A DNA stretch of 64,000 bases. It comes from an uncultured virus (IMG/VR IMGVR_UViG_3300025913_000002). Lineage: Duplodnaviria > Heunggongvirae > Uroviricota > Caudoviricetes. Positions 1 to 8,822 of the stretch are shown here, in pieces; position 1 is the first letter of the stretch; every line of letters begins with the position of its first letter. A model generated the notes under the pieces. It was not told where the DNA came from. It made no database searches and saw only the letters and a list, made by a program, of their open reading frames with translations. Made by a program: the position numbers and the translations under genes. Location: the IMG/VR virus record IMGVR_UViG_3300025913_000002. One strand, given 5' to 3'.

Positions 1-118
1 AACATTCTCTTGGAAGAGACGTTGAACGGCTTGAACGTGCAGGTGGTGATGCCATGACCGACCCCGAACTCACCGCCGCCGTCGAACTCGGCTGCCAGCG
101 GGCGTACGAGGCAAGCAA

Positions 119-583
119 ATGATCCAGCCTAACACACCGGCTCGTCCTATCGACCTGTCGAACCACATCCACTACGGTTGCCTGGTGCCGAACTGGGTGC
201 ATTGCGCTTTCGGGCACGACCGCTACCAAGCAGCCGTTTTTCTCTGCCCTGTCTGCGGCTCTGCGAAGATGGGCGTTGACCCGGACGTGCCTGCAAGCGT
301 GTTCACTGAGCGCACTCACCACGAGGTTGACTTCCAGAACGGAACCGTCACGGAAGCGTTCGACAGCGGGAAGTTGACCGGATTCTTTTCTTTCATAGCG
401 TGCCTTGTGTGCGATCAAGGGCACCGTTGCCAGATCGACCTGAACTTCGAAAGGTCGTATGGATCAAACAGCATCACGTTCGACGTGCTGCTCACAAAGC
501 AAGAATACGCAGAACTCCACGCCGTCGAAGCAGGGAAATGGGGCGACGACGAGGACCGCGAACCCGGCCCCGACTTTCCGTAA
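119..583 (+). CDS. hypothetical protein with CxxC motifs
   Basis: 154-aa ORF with CPVC and CLVC motifs, co-oriented with neighbours. Confidence 0.6.
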   Translation: MIQPNTPARPIDLSNHIHYGCLVPNWVHCAFGHDRYQAAVFLCPVCGSAKMGVDPDVPASVFTERTHHEVDFQNGTVTEAFDSGKLTGFFSFIACLVCDQGHRCQIDLNFERSYGSNSITFDVLLTKQEYAELHAVEAGKWGDDEDREPGPDFP

Positions 584-597
584 ACAGGAGACACACG

Positions 598-870
598 ATG
601 ACCACAGAACACTTCGTGCCGCTCACAAAATGGCCGCAGGCGTCGATTGACCGCCTACTAGCCGACGTAATGGCCGCACCCGACGAGCCCCTCGCCTACT
701 CCCCTTGCGCCACCCGCCGCGCGGAGTTTCTGGAGGCGCACGATGAGGCCAACACGCCGTACCAGCGGATGCGGAGGCGGGCGGTTGTGGCGGAGGCGCG
801 ATGCGTGGATTTGGAGGCGGAGGTCGTGAGGCTGAGGGCGCTTTTACAAAAGGAGACACGATGCAACTAG
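598..870 (+). CDS. hypothetical protein, C-terminal coiled coil
   Basis: AGGAG RBS before ATG 598 (MTTEHFVPL...); overlaps next gene. Confidence 0.6.
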   Translation: MTTEHFVPLTKWPQASIDRLLADVMAAPDEPLAYSPCATRRAEFLEAHDEANTPYQRMRRRAVVAEARCVDLEAEVVRLRALLQKETRCN

Positions 871-1169
871 CAAGGTTCTTGACGGGCATTCGCGAGGGAG
901 TGGCCGCAATCGAATTCGAGGAGCAACTTCAGCGCGTGGCTTCGGAGGTATCGGATACCGGCAAAGCGGGCACAGTGACTTTCAAAATCACGATCGAGCC
1001 TGCGGGCGGAAACCGGCTGACGATCCGCGACGAAATAGTCGGCACGCCGCCGAAGCGAGCAAAGGAGAGCACGCAGTTTTTCTTCGACGAGGAACGCGGC
1101 GACCTTACCCGCACTGATCCGCGACAGGCCAACATGGGCGAACTACTGGAGATCAATAAAACACGATGA
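861..1169 (+). CDS. conserved phage protein usually paired with DUF2303
   Basis: AAGGAG RBS; TGKAGTVTFKITI...FF...GDLTRTDPRQ pattern; ATGA overlap with DUF2303 gene. Confidence 0.75.
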   Translation: MQLARFLTGIREGVAAIEFEEQLQRVASEVSDTGKAGTVTFKITIEPAGGNRLTIRDEIVGTPPKRAKESTQFFFDEERGDLTRTDPRQANMGELLEINKTR

Positions 1170-1975
1170 GCGAAGAGAGAACCGAGTACGACGCCGCATT
1201 TGAGCACGGCGCGGCCGTTCACGACATCCACAGCGACGGCATGACGGTACCGTTTGCAATTCTGCCGGACGCTTATGCGCCGAAGAGCCTGGAAGACCTT
1301 CTGCTGACGCCGACGCGCATTCGTGCAAAGGTCGCACTGACTGACGAAGCGTCGTTTCAGACCTATGTCGATCAGTTCAAGACGGAGAACACCCGCATCT
1401 TTGCCAAGCGCACCGAGAACTCGTTTACCGCCGTCATCGACTACCACGGCGGCGAAGACGAACCGTCATGGTGCACCCATACCGCAAAGCTGACCTTAGA
1501 GCTATCGATTGAGTGGCGAACGTGGATGAGCAAGAACAATCAGCCGATGAAGCAAGTCGATTTTGCCGAGTTTCTTGAGGACAACCTCGCCGATATTGCC
1601 GAGCCTGAGAGCGCGACGATCATGGAGAGTGCGACAAAGTTGGAGGCCAAGAAGTCGGTCGCGTTCAAGTCCGGCATCAATCTCGACAACGGTGCTGTTC
1701 AGTTCGAGTTCGCCGAAGAGATCAACGGTACGGCGACAAAAGGTCATCTCAAAGTCCCAACCAAGTTCACTCTCGGACTATCGCCGTTCGTTGGCGGTCC
1801 ACTCATTAAAGTTCCCGCACGGCTCCGTTACCGCATCTCTGGCGAAGGTTTGCTGACATTCACCTATATTATCGAACGGCCCCACAAGGTCATCGAATTC
1901 GCCTTTGACAACGTGCTCGATAGCGTCGCGACGGGAACGCAAATCCGGCCCCTGCTCGGATCGTGGAGTATCTGA
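1166..1975 (+). CDS. DUF2303 (YfdQ-like) family protein
   Basis: AVIDYH...W..HTA, QVDFAEFLEDN, ARLRYRI motifs. Confidence 0.85.
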   Translation: MSEERTEYDAAFEHGAAVHDIHSDGMTVPFAILPDAYAPKSLEDLLLTPTRIRAKVALTDEASFQTYVDQFKTENTRIFAKRTENSFTAVIDYHGGEDEPSWCTHTAKLTLELSIEWRTWMSKNNQPMKQVDFAEFLEDNLADIAEPESATIMESATKLEAKKSVAFKSGINLDNGAVQFEFAEEINGTATKGHLKVPTKFTLGLSPFVGGPLIKVPARLRYRISGEGLLTFTYIIERPHKVIEFAFDNVLDSVATGTQIRPLLGSWSI

Positions 1976-2172
1976 TGACCGCCCCCCGCCCCACCACGCC
2001 CGCCGAACGCCGCCAGCACCGCCGCGCCGTCGAAGCACGCTACGCGGCCGAGGAAGCAGCGGGGCTGATATGCACCGACCTGCGGCGTAGCGAGCGGTTA
2101 CGTCGGCAGCAAAGGCTTAACCTCAGTGCGGCAGGTGTGGCGGCGAAGAGGCAGAGGAGGGCAGCAGCATGA
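1975..2172 (+). CDS. small Arg-rich hypothetical protein
   Basis: TGATG and ATGA overlaps with both neighbours. Confidence 0.5.
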   Translation: MTAPRPTTPAERRQHRRAVEARYAAEEAAGLICTDLRRSERLRRQQRLNLSAAGVAAKRQRRAAA

Positions 2173-2408
2173 GCAACTACGTTACCTGTGCGATTTGCGG
2201 CGTCGTTGACGACCCTGCAAACTTTGATTTGATTTTCCAGGAAGGCTCCACATACCCTGACTATTGGCAATGCAAAGACGATTGCGAGCGGCACGATTAT
2301 GTGGCAAGTCCGCTAGATTACGACAAACTCTCTCCTTCGGAGCGCGCACTTCTCGACGCGGCAGAAGGCGCATGCGAGCGTCAGCAGAGGGGAGCAGGAT
2401 ACAGATGA
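2169..2408 (+). CDS. small hypothetical protein (CxxC)
   Basis: ATGA overlaps at both ends. Confidence 0.55.
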   Translation: MSNYVTCAICGVVDDPANFDLIFQEGSTYPDYWQCKDDCERHDYVASPLDYDKLSPSERALLDAAEGACERQQRGAGYR

Positions 2409-2629
2409 GCGCACGAGCAAGGTATCGCGACGAATACGGCACCACCGGCTCCTTCATCGATCAGGGCGACACCCAGGACGCCCACGAAGCCCACCTAGAG
2501 GCCCGCAGAGCCGCGTGGAGGCAGTCGCGGCGCATCTATCGCCGTCAAGTGCTTGTGTTCGCGCTGGCGGCGGTCGGGTTTGTAGTTGCGCTCGGTTGGG
2601 CGATGGGCGGTGTGGTGATGGGGCGATGA
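2405..2629 (+). CDS. small membrane protein
   Basis: C-terminal hydrophobic helix VLVFALAAVGFVVALGWAMG; ATGA overlaps. Confidence 0.6.
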   Translation: MSARARYRDEYGTTGSFIDQGDTQDAHEAHLEARRAAWRQSRRIYRRQVLVFALAAVGFVVALGWAMGGVVMGR

Positions 2630-3375
2630 CACAAGACCTCGTGTTCTACAGCATGGGGATTTGTTCGGCCTACATCGCTTGCCGCCTACAAGACGAGTGC
2701 CGCGCTCCAATCTGCCTTTTCAGCGACACGAAGCGCGAAGACGAAGACACGTATCGGTTCGGGCGGGAAGTCGCGGATCGGTGGGGGCTGAACGTCGTGG
2801 AAGCGAGCGACGGGCGCGACCTGTTTCAGTATTTCGCGGACAAGCACATGATCCCTGCTCGCCAGTTGTCGCCGTGCAGCCGGGACCTCAAGATCATTCC
2901 GAGCCGAGCCTACCTGAACGCCCACACAGAGCCGCTGCGTGTCGCCTACGGCTACGACGTGGATGAACAAAGGCGAGCAGATCGCACGGTTGCGAACTGG
3001 GACTTGGAACGGCACAGCGTCTGGTTTCCGCTGATTGAGTGGGGCGTCAGCAAGCCGCAGTGTTTCGGGTACTTCGCAAAGCACGGCATAAAGCCGCCCC
3101 GTGTCTACAAGTTCATGCAGCACGCCAATTGCACTCCCTGCAAAAACTATCGAAAGAATGATTGGATTGCGCTGGCTTACCACATGCCAGAGAAGTTCGC
3201 GGAAGCCGCCGCGCTCGAAACAGCGAACGGCCTGCGGTGGATGCAGGATGGCCCAACGCTGATTGAACTTGCATTGTCCGACGAAGTGCCGAGCCGCAAA
3301 GGACGGCGCAAACTCGCAGGCGACGAACCGGCGTTCAGTTTTGATATGGGGTGTGACCGATGCGCAATCGACTGA
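2626..3375 (+). CDS. PAPS reductase-like / PP-loop (adenine nucleotide alpha hydrolase) protein
   Basis: Variant PP-loop YSMGICS, LFSDTKREDEDTYRF, CSRDLK, HANCTPC, C-terminal CDRC. Confidence 0.75.
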   Translation: MTQDLVFYSMGICSAYIACRLQDECRAPICLFSDTKREDEDTYRFGREVADRWGLNVVEASDGRDLFQYFADKHMIPARQLSPCSRDLKIIPSRAYLNAHTEPLRVAYGYDVDEQRRADRTVANWDLERHSVWFPLIEWGVSKPQCFGYFAKHGIKPPRVYKFMQHANCTPCKNYRKNDWIALAYHMPEKFAEAAALETANGLRWMQDGPTLIELALSDEVPSRKGRRKLAGDEPAFSFDMGCDRCAID

Positions 3376-3517
3376 CACAGCAACAGCAAGACGCCGCCTC
3401 TGACTACGACCCCGAGCGCCACGACGAAGGCGCGGGCGCGGTTGCCTGGGGTTGCCTCTCGGTAGTCGGGTGGATATTGATCGGGCTGGTGTGGCTGGTT
3501 GTGAAGGGGGTGTGGAG

Positions 3518-3733
3518 ATGACTAGGCTGTTCAACTTCAGAACACAAGATGCGCCCACGTGGTATCTGCGCGTACTGTGGCTGCGCGTGATGTACTGGCG
3601 ACCGCGCAAGGCGACAGCCATTGTCAAGCCGATACTGGGGCCGTGGTTTTCCGTCAGGCTTCGACGCAAGACGAATGGTACTCGCCTCCACTTTGATATT
3701 GGCCCGATCGAGGGCATCATTGCGAAACTTTGA
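3518..3733 (+). CDS. hypothetical protein
   Basis: ATG after G-rich RBS-like sequence, within the operon. Confidence 0.45.
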   Translation: MTRLFNFRTQDAPTWYLRVLWLRVMYWRPRKATAIVKPILGPWFSVRLRRKTNGTRLHFDIGPIEGIIAKL

Positions 3734-3745
3734 GGAGATAAGCAA

Positions 3746-3934
3746 ATGACCCGAACCGACACCCTGCGCGAACGCCGCCTTAAGAAGCAGATGCAAATGA
3801 GGGCGCTCCAGGCGCAGATAGATGACATCGACGCGGAAATCCTCGTCGCGCACCGGCGAGAGACGCACGCCGGGTTGCGTGAGCGGCGGCTGGCGATTGG
3901 GCTTGTACCGGCGGTACAGGAGGCAGCGGCATGA
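3746..3934 (+). CDS. small coiled-coil protein
   Basis: GAGGAG RBS; ends QEAAA with ATGA overlap. Confidence 0.6.
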   Translation: MTRTDTLRERRLKKQMQMRALQAQIDDIDAEILVAHRRETHAGLRERRLAIGLVPAVQEAAA

Positions 3935-4182
3935 CCACAATCGCTGCCGACGACCCCCGCGCCGACTATCCGACCTACGTTGCCGTCTGCCGGTCCTGTG
4001 GCGGCTGGTCGTACCTCTGTGACGGACGAACCGAGGATGCACAACTCAAGCGCGACAATAAGCGCGCGGCGGCGTGGTGTGTTGACCACGGCCACGATTT
4101 CAAGTTGATGCGGTACGGCGACATCAACCTCAATTCGTGCGAGTGCCGGAAGAAGCCGAAGCAGAACCACCTTGATTTGTGA
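3931..4182 (+). CDS. small Cys-rich hypothetical protein
   Basis: GGAGG RBS; CRSC and CEC motifs. Confidence 0.6.
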   Translation: MTTIAADDPRADYPTYVAVCRSCGGWSYLCDGRTEDAQLKRDNKRAAAWCVDHGHDFKLMRYGDINLNSCECRKKPKQNHLDL

Positions 4183-4221
4183 GATGTGCGCCCACCGGAA
4201 CACCACCCACCGGAACACGAC

Positions 4222-4691
4222 GCCGACCCCGCTCTGGAGGCCACTGCGGGGACGGCCCCTACGTTCCACCGACGAAGGGAGGACGGCTATGTGAATGACG
4301 CTGATACCGGGGCGCGATCGGGGATACGCGAGCAACGATCGAAAAACACCGAGGCCGTGGACGCCCATAACGGACGCGGCATTAGACATGCACTTTGCGT
4401 GAAGCAGTTCGACATTCCTGCAAGACTACCGCTCCCAGATTGCCGGCGGAGACGCGGAACCGGAGCAAGGGTACAGGTCTTCTCTTGTTGGCGAACAGGA
4501 CTGCTTCACGGAGCGTGTACATGCTCCAACCGGCGCAACCTGCCGGACGCTGCTGCAGCGGCCTGAAGTGGTTGCCTTTCTGAGAGATCAGTCAGGGAAC
4601 AGGCCGCGGTGACGTAACACGAGCGGCCAACTTCGGCGGATGGATTTTTACAGGCTTGTGCCCGTGCCGTAAGGCGCGATTTCATCCGCCG
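4222..4691 (+). ncRNA. candidate large structured non-coding RNA
   Basis: Consecutive hairpins: 11-bp perfect helix 4398-4408/4500-4510, 9-bp helix 4634-4642/4683-4691, three GNRA-capped stems; no convincing ORF. Confidence 0.55.
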
Positions 4692-4699
4692 CTTAATCG

Positions 4700-4788
4700 G
4701 GCGCGACGCCGAGTGTTTCAAGGTTGCCGAGCGCAGGATAGCGCACGCCGCCGCACAGGGCAACCTGTTCACCGACGAAGCGGCCTAG
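4700..4788 (+). pseudogene. 3' remnant resembling the C-terminus of an N4/N6 DNA methyltransferase
   Basis: Frame 1 reads ...GRDAECFKVAERRIAHAAAQGNLFTDEAA*; no ATG/GTG/TTG start after the upstream TAA at 4615. Confidence 0.5.
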
Positions 4789-4794
4789 CCTCCC

Positions 4795-4992
4795 TCACCC
4801 CGACGACCCCGGCGGCGGTTGCGGCGAGGGGGAGGGCGAGGGGAATTGCTCGCGGTGAAGTGAGGCGATCGCCATGCGGATAAGTGCCGACCTATCCAGG
4901 TTCAGCTTGTTATTCAGGTCGGCCAGTTGACGAGTTGCGACTTCGTTGAGCCGGATGTTGACTTGGTAGCTTTTGGTATCTTGATCGGACAT
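4795..4992 (-). CDS. ribbon-helix-helix (CopG/Arc-like) regulator
   Basis: QVNIRL beta-ribbon, LDRSALIRMAI helix; AGGAG RBS; divergent from bet. Confidence 0.75.
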   Translation of the reverse strand: MSDQDTKSYQVNIRLNEVATRQLADLNNKLNLDRSALIRMAIASLHREQFPSPSPSPQPPPGSSG

Positions 4993-5014
4993 AGCAAACG
5001 GTCTCCTTTTGTGT

Positions 5015-5110
5015 GCAGAGCACAACATAAAACAACATATTACCATACTATTCTATACAATGGCGTATACTTTATGCTACTGTATGTGCTATACTGTATA
5101 TATTTCGATG
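5015..5110. promoter_or_regulatory. AT-rich divergent promoter region with repeated TATAC/CATAC motifs (putative RHH operators)
   Basis: Very AT-rich; TATACT-like hexamers on both strands between the RHH gene and bet. Confidence 0.55.
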
Positions 5111-5126
5111 TTTCAAGGAGAGGCAA

Positions 5127-6062
5127 ATGAGCGCAGACGACATCGTATTGCACAAGCCGCAACCGGTGGAATTGGATGTGGAGTTAATCAAGCGCACGAT
5201 CTGTAAAGGCGCGGACGACTTGGAACTTAAACTGTTCCTCAATCAGTGCCAGCGCACCGGACTTGATCCCTTTGCCCGCCAGATCCACGCCGTGAAGCGT
5301 TGGGATGCGAGCGTCGGCAAAGAAGTTATGCAGGCCATGATCGGTATTGACGGCTTCCGTCTGATTGCCGACCGATCGGGCCGGTACGTTCCGGGTCGCG
5401 AGCCGACGTTCTGTTACGACAAAGAAGGCTTCCTCCTTAAAGCCACGGCCTATGTGAATGTATATCGGCAAGGAACCTGGCACGAGGTTTCCGACAGTGC
5501 GCTGTATGCCGAGTATGTGCAGACGAAGAAGAGCGGCGAGCCGAATTCGATGTGGGCCAAGATGCCTCACAGCCAACTCGCAAAATGCGCTGAGAGCCGA
5601 TGCCTTCGCAAAGCCTTCCCCGCCGAACTCTCCGGTCTCTACACATCCGAAGAAATGGCGCAATCCGACAATCCCGTTCCATCGGTCTACATTCCGCACG
5701 CCGACGGCCAGCGGGTAGATACTTCAACCGGCGAGATCGTGGAAACGCAAACCGCTCCCGAACCCACCGAGGAAGAAAAAGCAGCGGCCAAGGCAGAGGC
5801 AAAAACCGCCGACAAAGCCGCATTCGACAAGTTCTCCACCACTGCCGCGAACTACGAATTCAAATACACCGACCGCACCAACCTACTTCTCTTGGCGCGC
5901 ACGATCTGCAAGAAGGAAAGGCCGACTGCGACGGACCTGAACAATGTCTGCCTGCTTCGCAACGCCGATTGGAAAGCCGCTATCGCCGCCGTGTACGCGA
6001 AGATCGGACATGTCGAACCTGCCGTTGCAAAAGACGAGACGGCAGAAGACCGACTGGAGTAG
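5127..6062 (+). CDS. bet: phage recombination protein Bet (RecT/Red-beta single-strand annealing protein)
   Basis: FLNQCQRTGLDPFARQIHAVKR, IGIDGFRLIADRSG, WAKMPHSQLAKCAESRCLRKAFP motifs; frame stays open to 6332 after the TAG. Confidence 0.9.
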   Translation: MSADDIVLHKPQPVELDVELIKRTICKGADDLELKLFLNQCQRTGLDPFARQIHAVKRWDASVGKEVMQAMIGIDGFRLIADRSGRYVPGREPTFCYDKEGFLLKATAYVNVYRQGTWHEVSDSALYAEYVQTKKSGEPNSMWAKMPHSQLAKCAESRCLRKAFPAELSGLYTSEEMAQSDNPVPSVYIPHADGQRVDTSTGEIVETQTAPEPTEEEKAAAKAEAKTADKAAFDKFSTTAANYEFKYTDRTNLLLLARTICKKERPTATDLNNVCLLRNADWKAAIAAVYAKIGHVEPAVAKDETAEDRLE

Positions 6063-6400
6063 TTTACTGACCGCATCAGATCGCTCGGCTATCCTGGCGA
6101 CGCTACGTACCTCGCGAAAGCACTCTGTAAGAAGGACAAGCCGACTGACGGCGATATTCGCCTGGTGATGCTTCTCACAGACCAAGCCTGGGTTCAGTCG
6201 CTTGCAGAGGCGGGGATTAAGCCTGAGCCTGCTGCACCAGACCTGGAATTGAACGGTGAAGACGAAGAAGATGTGTTTGCTGAAGAACAGCCTACGTCTT
6301 CCGCAGCGACAATGGCTGCTATCGCCCGATAGGAATCTTTTCGGTATAGCGGCTCGCACCCGACTATACTAAACAGACGGATGCTCATGCAGCATTCCGA

Positions 6401-6450
6401 GGGCAGGTGTTCCGAGCGGGTGCGAGCCGCGAGGAGCATCTGCCCGTTTT
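6401..6450 (+). terminator. intrinsic terminator with alternative anti-terminator pairing
   Basis: 13-bp stem 6401-6413/6433-6445 followed by GTTTT; loop 6417-6430 is the exact reverse complement of 6349-6362. Confidence 0.6.
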
Positions 6451-6473
6451 CATTCTTGTAGAGGACTTCCGAA

Positions 6474-7217
6474 GTGGAAATAAAGGCGATTCAGGCGCAC
6501 TACAAAGGGTACAAATTTCGCTCAAGGCTGGAAGCACGTTGGGCGATTTGGCTCGATAACATCAACGAGAAATGGGAATACGAGGCAGAGGGATTTCAGA
6601 TTGGAAAAATGCGTTATCTGCCGGATTTCTTTTTACCCGATCGCAATATTTTCGTAGAGGTAAAGGGCCCGAGCTACTCGGATGTGGACCGGCAAAAAGT
6701 GCTTGCGCTTGAGGAAGCATCAAAGAAGTACGTCATCGTTGTCGGCGACATCCCTGCACCCGGAGAAGCGATTATCCCTGTAGACCGAAACACTAAGTTC
6801 TCAATTAAGAACTGGGTTAGTATTGAACCGTTCAGGACTGAGAAGGGCCATGATCCTGGCGGCGTTCTCGAATACTCAGGAATATCGGCTGACCTCAAAG
6901 CGCGCGTTTATCATCATGTTTGCAAAGTTTGCGGTTCGCGAGATATTCATATTGATGACGGTGTGATGGGCGTTGACGCGTTTGGAATGCGCCAACCAAA
7001 TGCAAATTTCGCATTTAGGCTGCATTGCCAGAATAACCACAGATGGGAAGTCGGTATATTCGCAACCCCAACCGCTCTTGGATTTGGAATATCTCGTTAC
7101 GAGGAATGTATTGAATGTTTCGGTCTGACATTGACTTGGGGAGACATTGCAATGAGGGATGCGGCATGTGCAGCGGCTCGTTCAGCACGGTTCGAACATG
7201 GCGAAACACCTAAGTAG
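6474..7217 (+). CDS. PD-(D/E)XK nuclease-family protein
   Basis: FRSRLEARWA, YEAEGF, YLPDF...VEVKG, C-terminal ARSARFEHG. Confidence 0.8.
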   Translation: MEIKAIQAHYKGYKFRSRLEARWAIWLDNINEKWEYEAEGFQIGKMRYLPDFFLPDRNIFVEVKGPSYSDVDRQKVLALEEASKKYVIVVGDIPAPGEAIIPVDRNTKFSIKNWVSIEPFRTEKGHDPGGVLEYSGISADLKARVYHHVCKVCGSRDIHIDDGVMGVDAFGMRQPNANFAFRLHCQNNHRWEVGIFATPTALGFGISRYEECIECFGLTLTWGDIAMRDAACAAARSARFEHGETPK

Positions 7218-7230
7218 CTAAGGATCAAAG

Positions 7231-8196
7231 ATGAGCCGCAAGCGTGAAGTCTCAACAGACGTTAGCCAAGACGCCAGAATTGCCGACCTTTCGATATTCG
7301 GTCACAACGCTGTCGCAATGTACCTCATGGCAATTCCGCAGGCGGATGACTGGGGCCGCCTGCCTGGAAATCCTCGCGAGTTCAAGATGCTGGTTTGCCC
7401 AGGCTTCGATGAGACCACCGCTCAGATACAAGCCGTGCTGGAGAAGATTGCCGAGTTGGGCCTGTGGGATCGGTACGAAGTGGATGGCAAGCAGTACATT
7501 GCGTTCCCGCCGCAGACATGGTTTAAACGGCAAAGCTATATCAATTCCGACAAGCGCGTTGCTGATACTGGGTCTAGGTTCCCTGCCAATCAGCAATATA
7601 TAGCATACGCGGAAGCACTTCGTGACGGCAGTAGCAAGAAACAGCAAGAAACGGCAGAAAACAGCGTTTCTCTTTCACCTTCTCCTTCTCTTTCTATTTC
7701 ACCTTCTATTTCACCTTCTGAAGAGAGAGTTGAGGCGCAAGCGCCTGCCCTGACGGGCGAAAATCACGCCACGCACGGCACTTCGAATTCGAATGTGCAG
7801 AAAATTCGCCGAAAATTCGAGCCGCCTGCTGCGAAGACTGTCGGTGATTTCTTCAGGGCGAACGGTTCGACTGGGGCAGAAGCCCGATTTTATTTCGACC
7901 ACTACACCGGCAACGGCTGGATGGTGGGGCGAAACCCGATGCGTGACTGGCAAGCGACCGCCCGGAATTGGATACGGCGCAGCGGAAATGGCAAGCCTGT
8001 CATTCCCGATGAAGTCGTGGAGGACGAAGCCGAACTGTCGGCACGGGAGGCGCAAGAGCGAGCCGATGCCGAACGGGAACGCGAAGCAAAGTTACTTGCC
8101 GAGCAAGAAGAACGCCGAAGGAGGGCAAAGGCGGCTGTTGTGCCGCCGCCGCCGCTGGCAGAAAGTGAGAAGCCATGCCTGCTGCCGTCAATGTGA
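7231..8196 (+). CDS. phage replication initiator / replisome organiser
   Basis: N-terminal ADDWGRL domain, SPSPS linker, C-terminal FDHY..NGWMVGRNPMRDWQATARNW domain. Confidence 0.75.
   Translation: MSRKREVSTDVSQDARIADLSIFGHNAVAMYLMAIPQADDWGRLPGNPREFKMLVCPGFDETTAQIQAVLEKIAELGLWDRYEVDGKQYIAFPPQTWFKRQSYINSDKRVADTGSRFPANQQYIAYAEALRDGSSKKQQETAENSVSLSPSPSLSISPSISPSEERVEAQAPALTGENHATHGTSNSNVQKIRRKFEPPAAKTVGDFFRANGSTGAEARFYFDHYTGNGWMVGRNPMRDWQATARNWIRRSGNGKPVIPDEVVEDEAELSAREAQERADAEREREAKLLAEQEERRRRAKAAVVPPPPLAESEKPCLLPSM
7673..7719 (+). repeat. tandem TTTCACCTTCT repeats within the initiator (possible origin iterons or simple S/P linker)
   Basis: Three copies in a pyrimidine-rich tract. Confidence 0.45.
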
Positions 8197-8807
8197 AAGC
8201 TCGGTTGCCGCGCCCTCGAAACTTCGAGGCGGATGTAAACGCTGCCGAGCGACTGAAAGAAACCAATCAGCGAATGCCGCCCCGACTATGGGCCGCATGG
8301 ATTGGGCGACTTGCAGGAATTCAAGTCAACCAACCGTGTTTTACAGCGTCCGGTGACTGCGTGGGATTTGCCACAGACAACTCCGGTGAAGCGCATAGCC
8401 ACCCAATATCCTACCTGCGTCCTTCGGAAGTGGCGAGAAGTATCTTCCGGCTGATAGGCACGCCAAACGAGATATGGACGCTCAAAGAACTCTCAGACTT
8501 GGTAATGTGGCTGGACAGTCAGGAACATCGCAACTACTGCTACGAGGCAATGGGAATGCTTGCCAAGGATGACGAGCACGATCCGCCCGGCCGCGCTGTC
8601 ATTCAAAAAGTCATCGGCCAATTGGCGGTTAAGCAGACGATGCTGGACATGAACAGCGAGCCTGCAAAGTTACATCGTGAACATGTGAGACAGTCGCCGG
8701 TGCTCACCGAACCCGCAGAGAAGTTTGCGGAAGCGCTGGACGCGCTAGCAAAAAACCCGCCCCGCGATATAGTTAACAACTTTTTCGGTGAAGGCAACGC
8801 TGCATAA
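8175..8807 (+). CDS. hypothetical protein (position of a helicase-loader-type gene)
   Basis: 210-aa ORF overlapping the initiator; no motif recognised. Confidence 0.55.
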   Translation: MPAAVNVKARLPRPRNFEADVNAAERLKETNQRMPPRLWAAWIGRLAGIQVNQPCFTASGDCVGFATDNSGEAHSHPISYLRPSEVARSIFRLIGTPNEIWTLKELSDLVMWLDSQEHRNYCYEAMGMLAKDDEHDPPGRAVIQKVIGQLAVKQTMLDMNSEPAKLHREHVRQSPVLTEPAEKFAEALDALAKNPPRDIVNNFFGEGNAA

Positions 8808-8822
8808 AAAGGAAGGTGTGTA

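Noticed and set aside
4192..4218. CCACCGGAACAC tandem repeat
   Set aside because: Only two 12-bp copies; most simply a local slippage duplication
2686..4389. 567-aa minus-strand ORF
   Set aside because: Shadow of several plus-strand genes with good RBSs; low-complexity composition
4186..4700. Group II intron (starts GTGCG) or group I intron (CAAGACTAC)
   Set aside because: No domain V/VI, no matching P7 partner and no interrupted gene that rejoins
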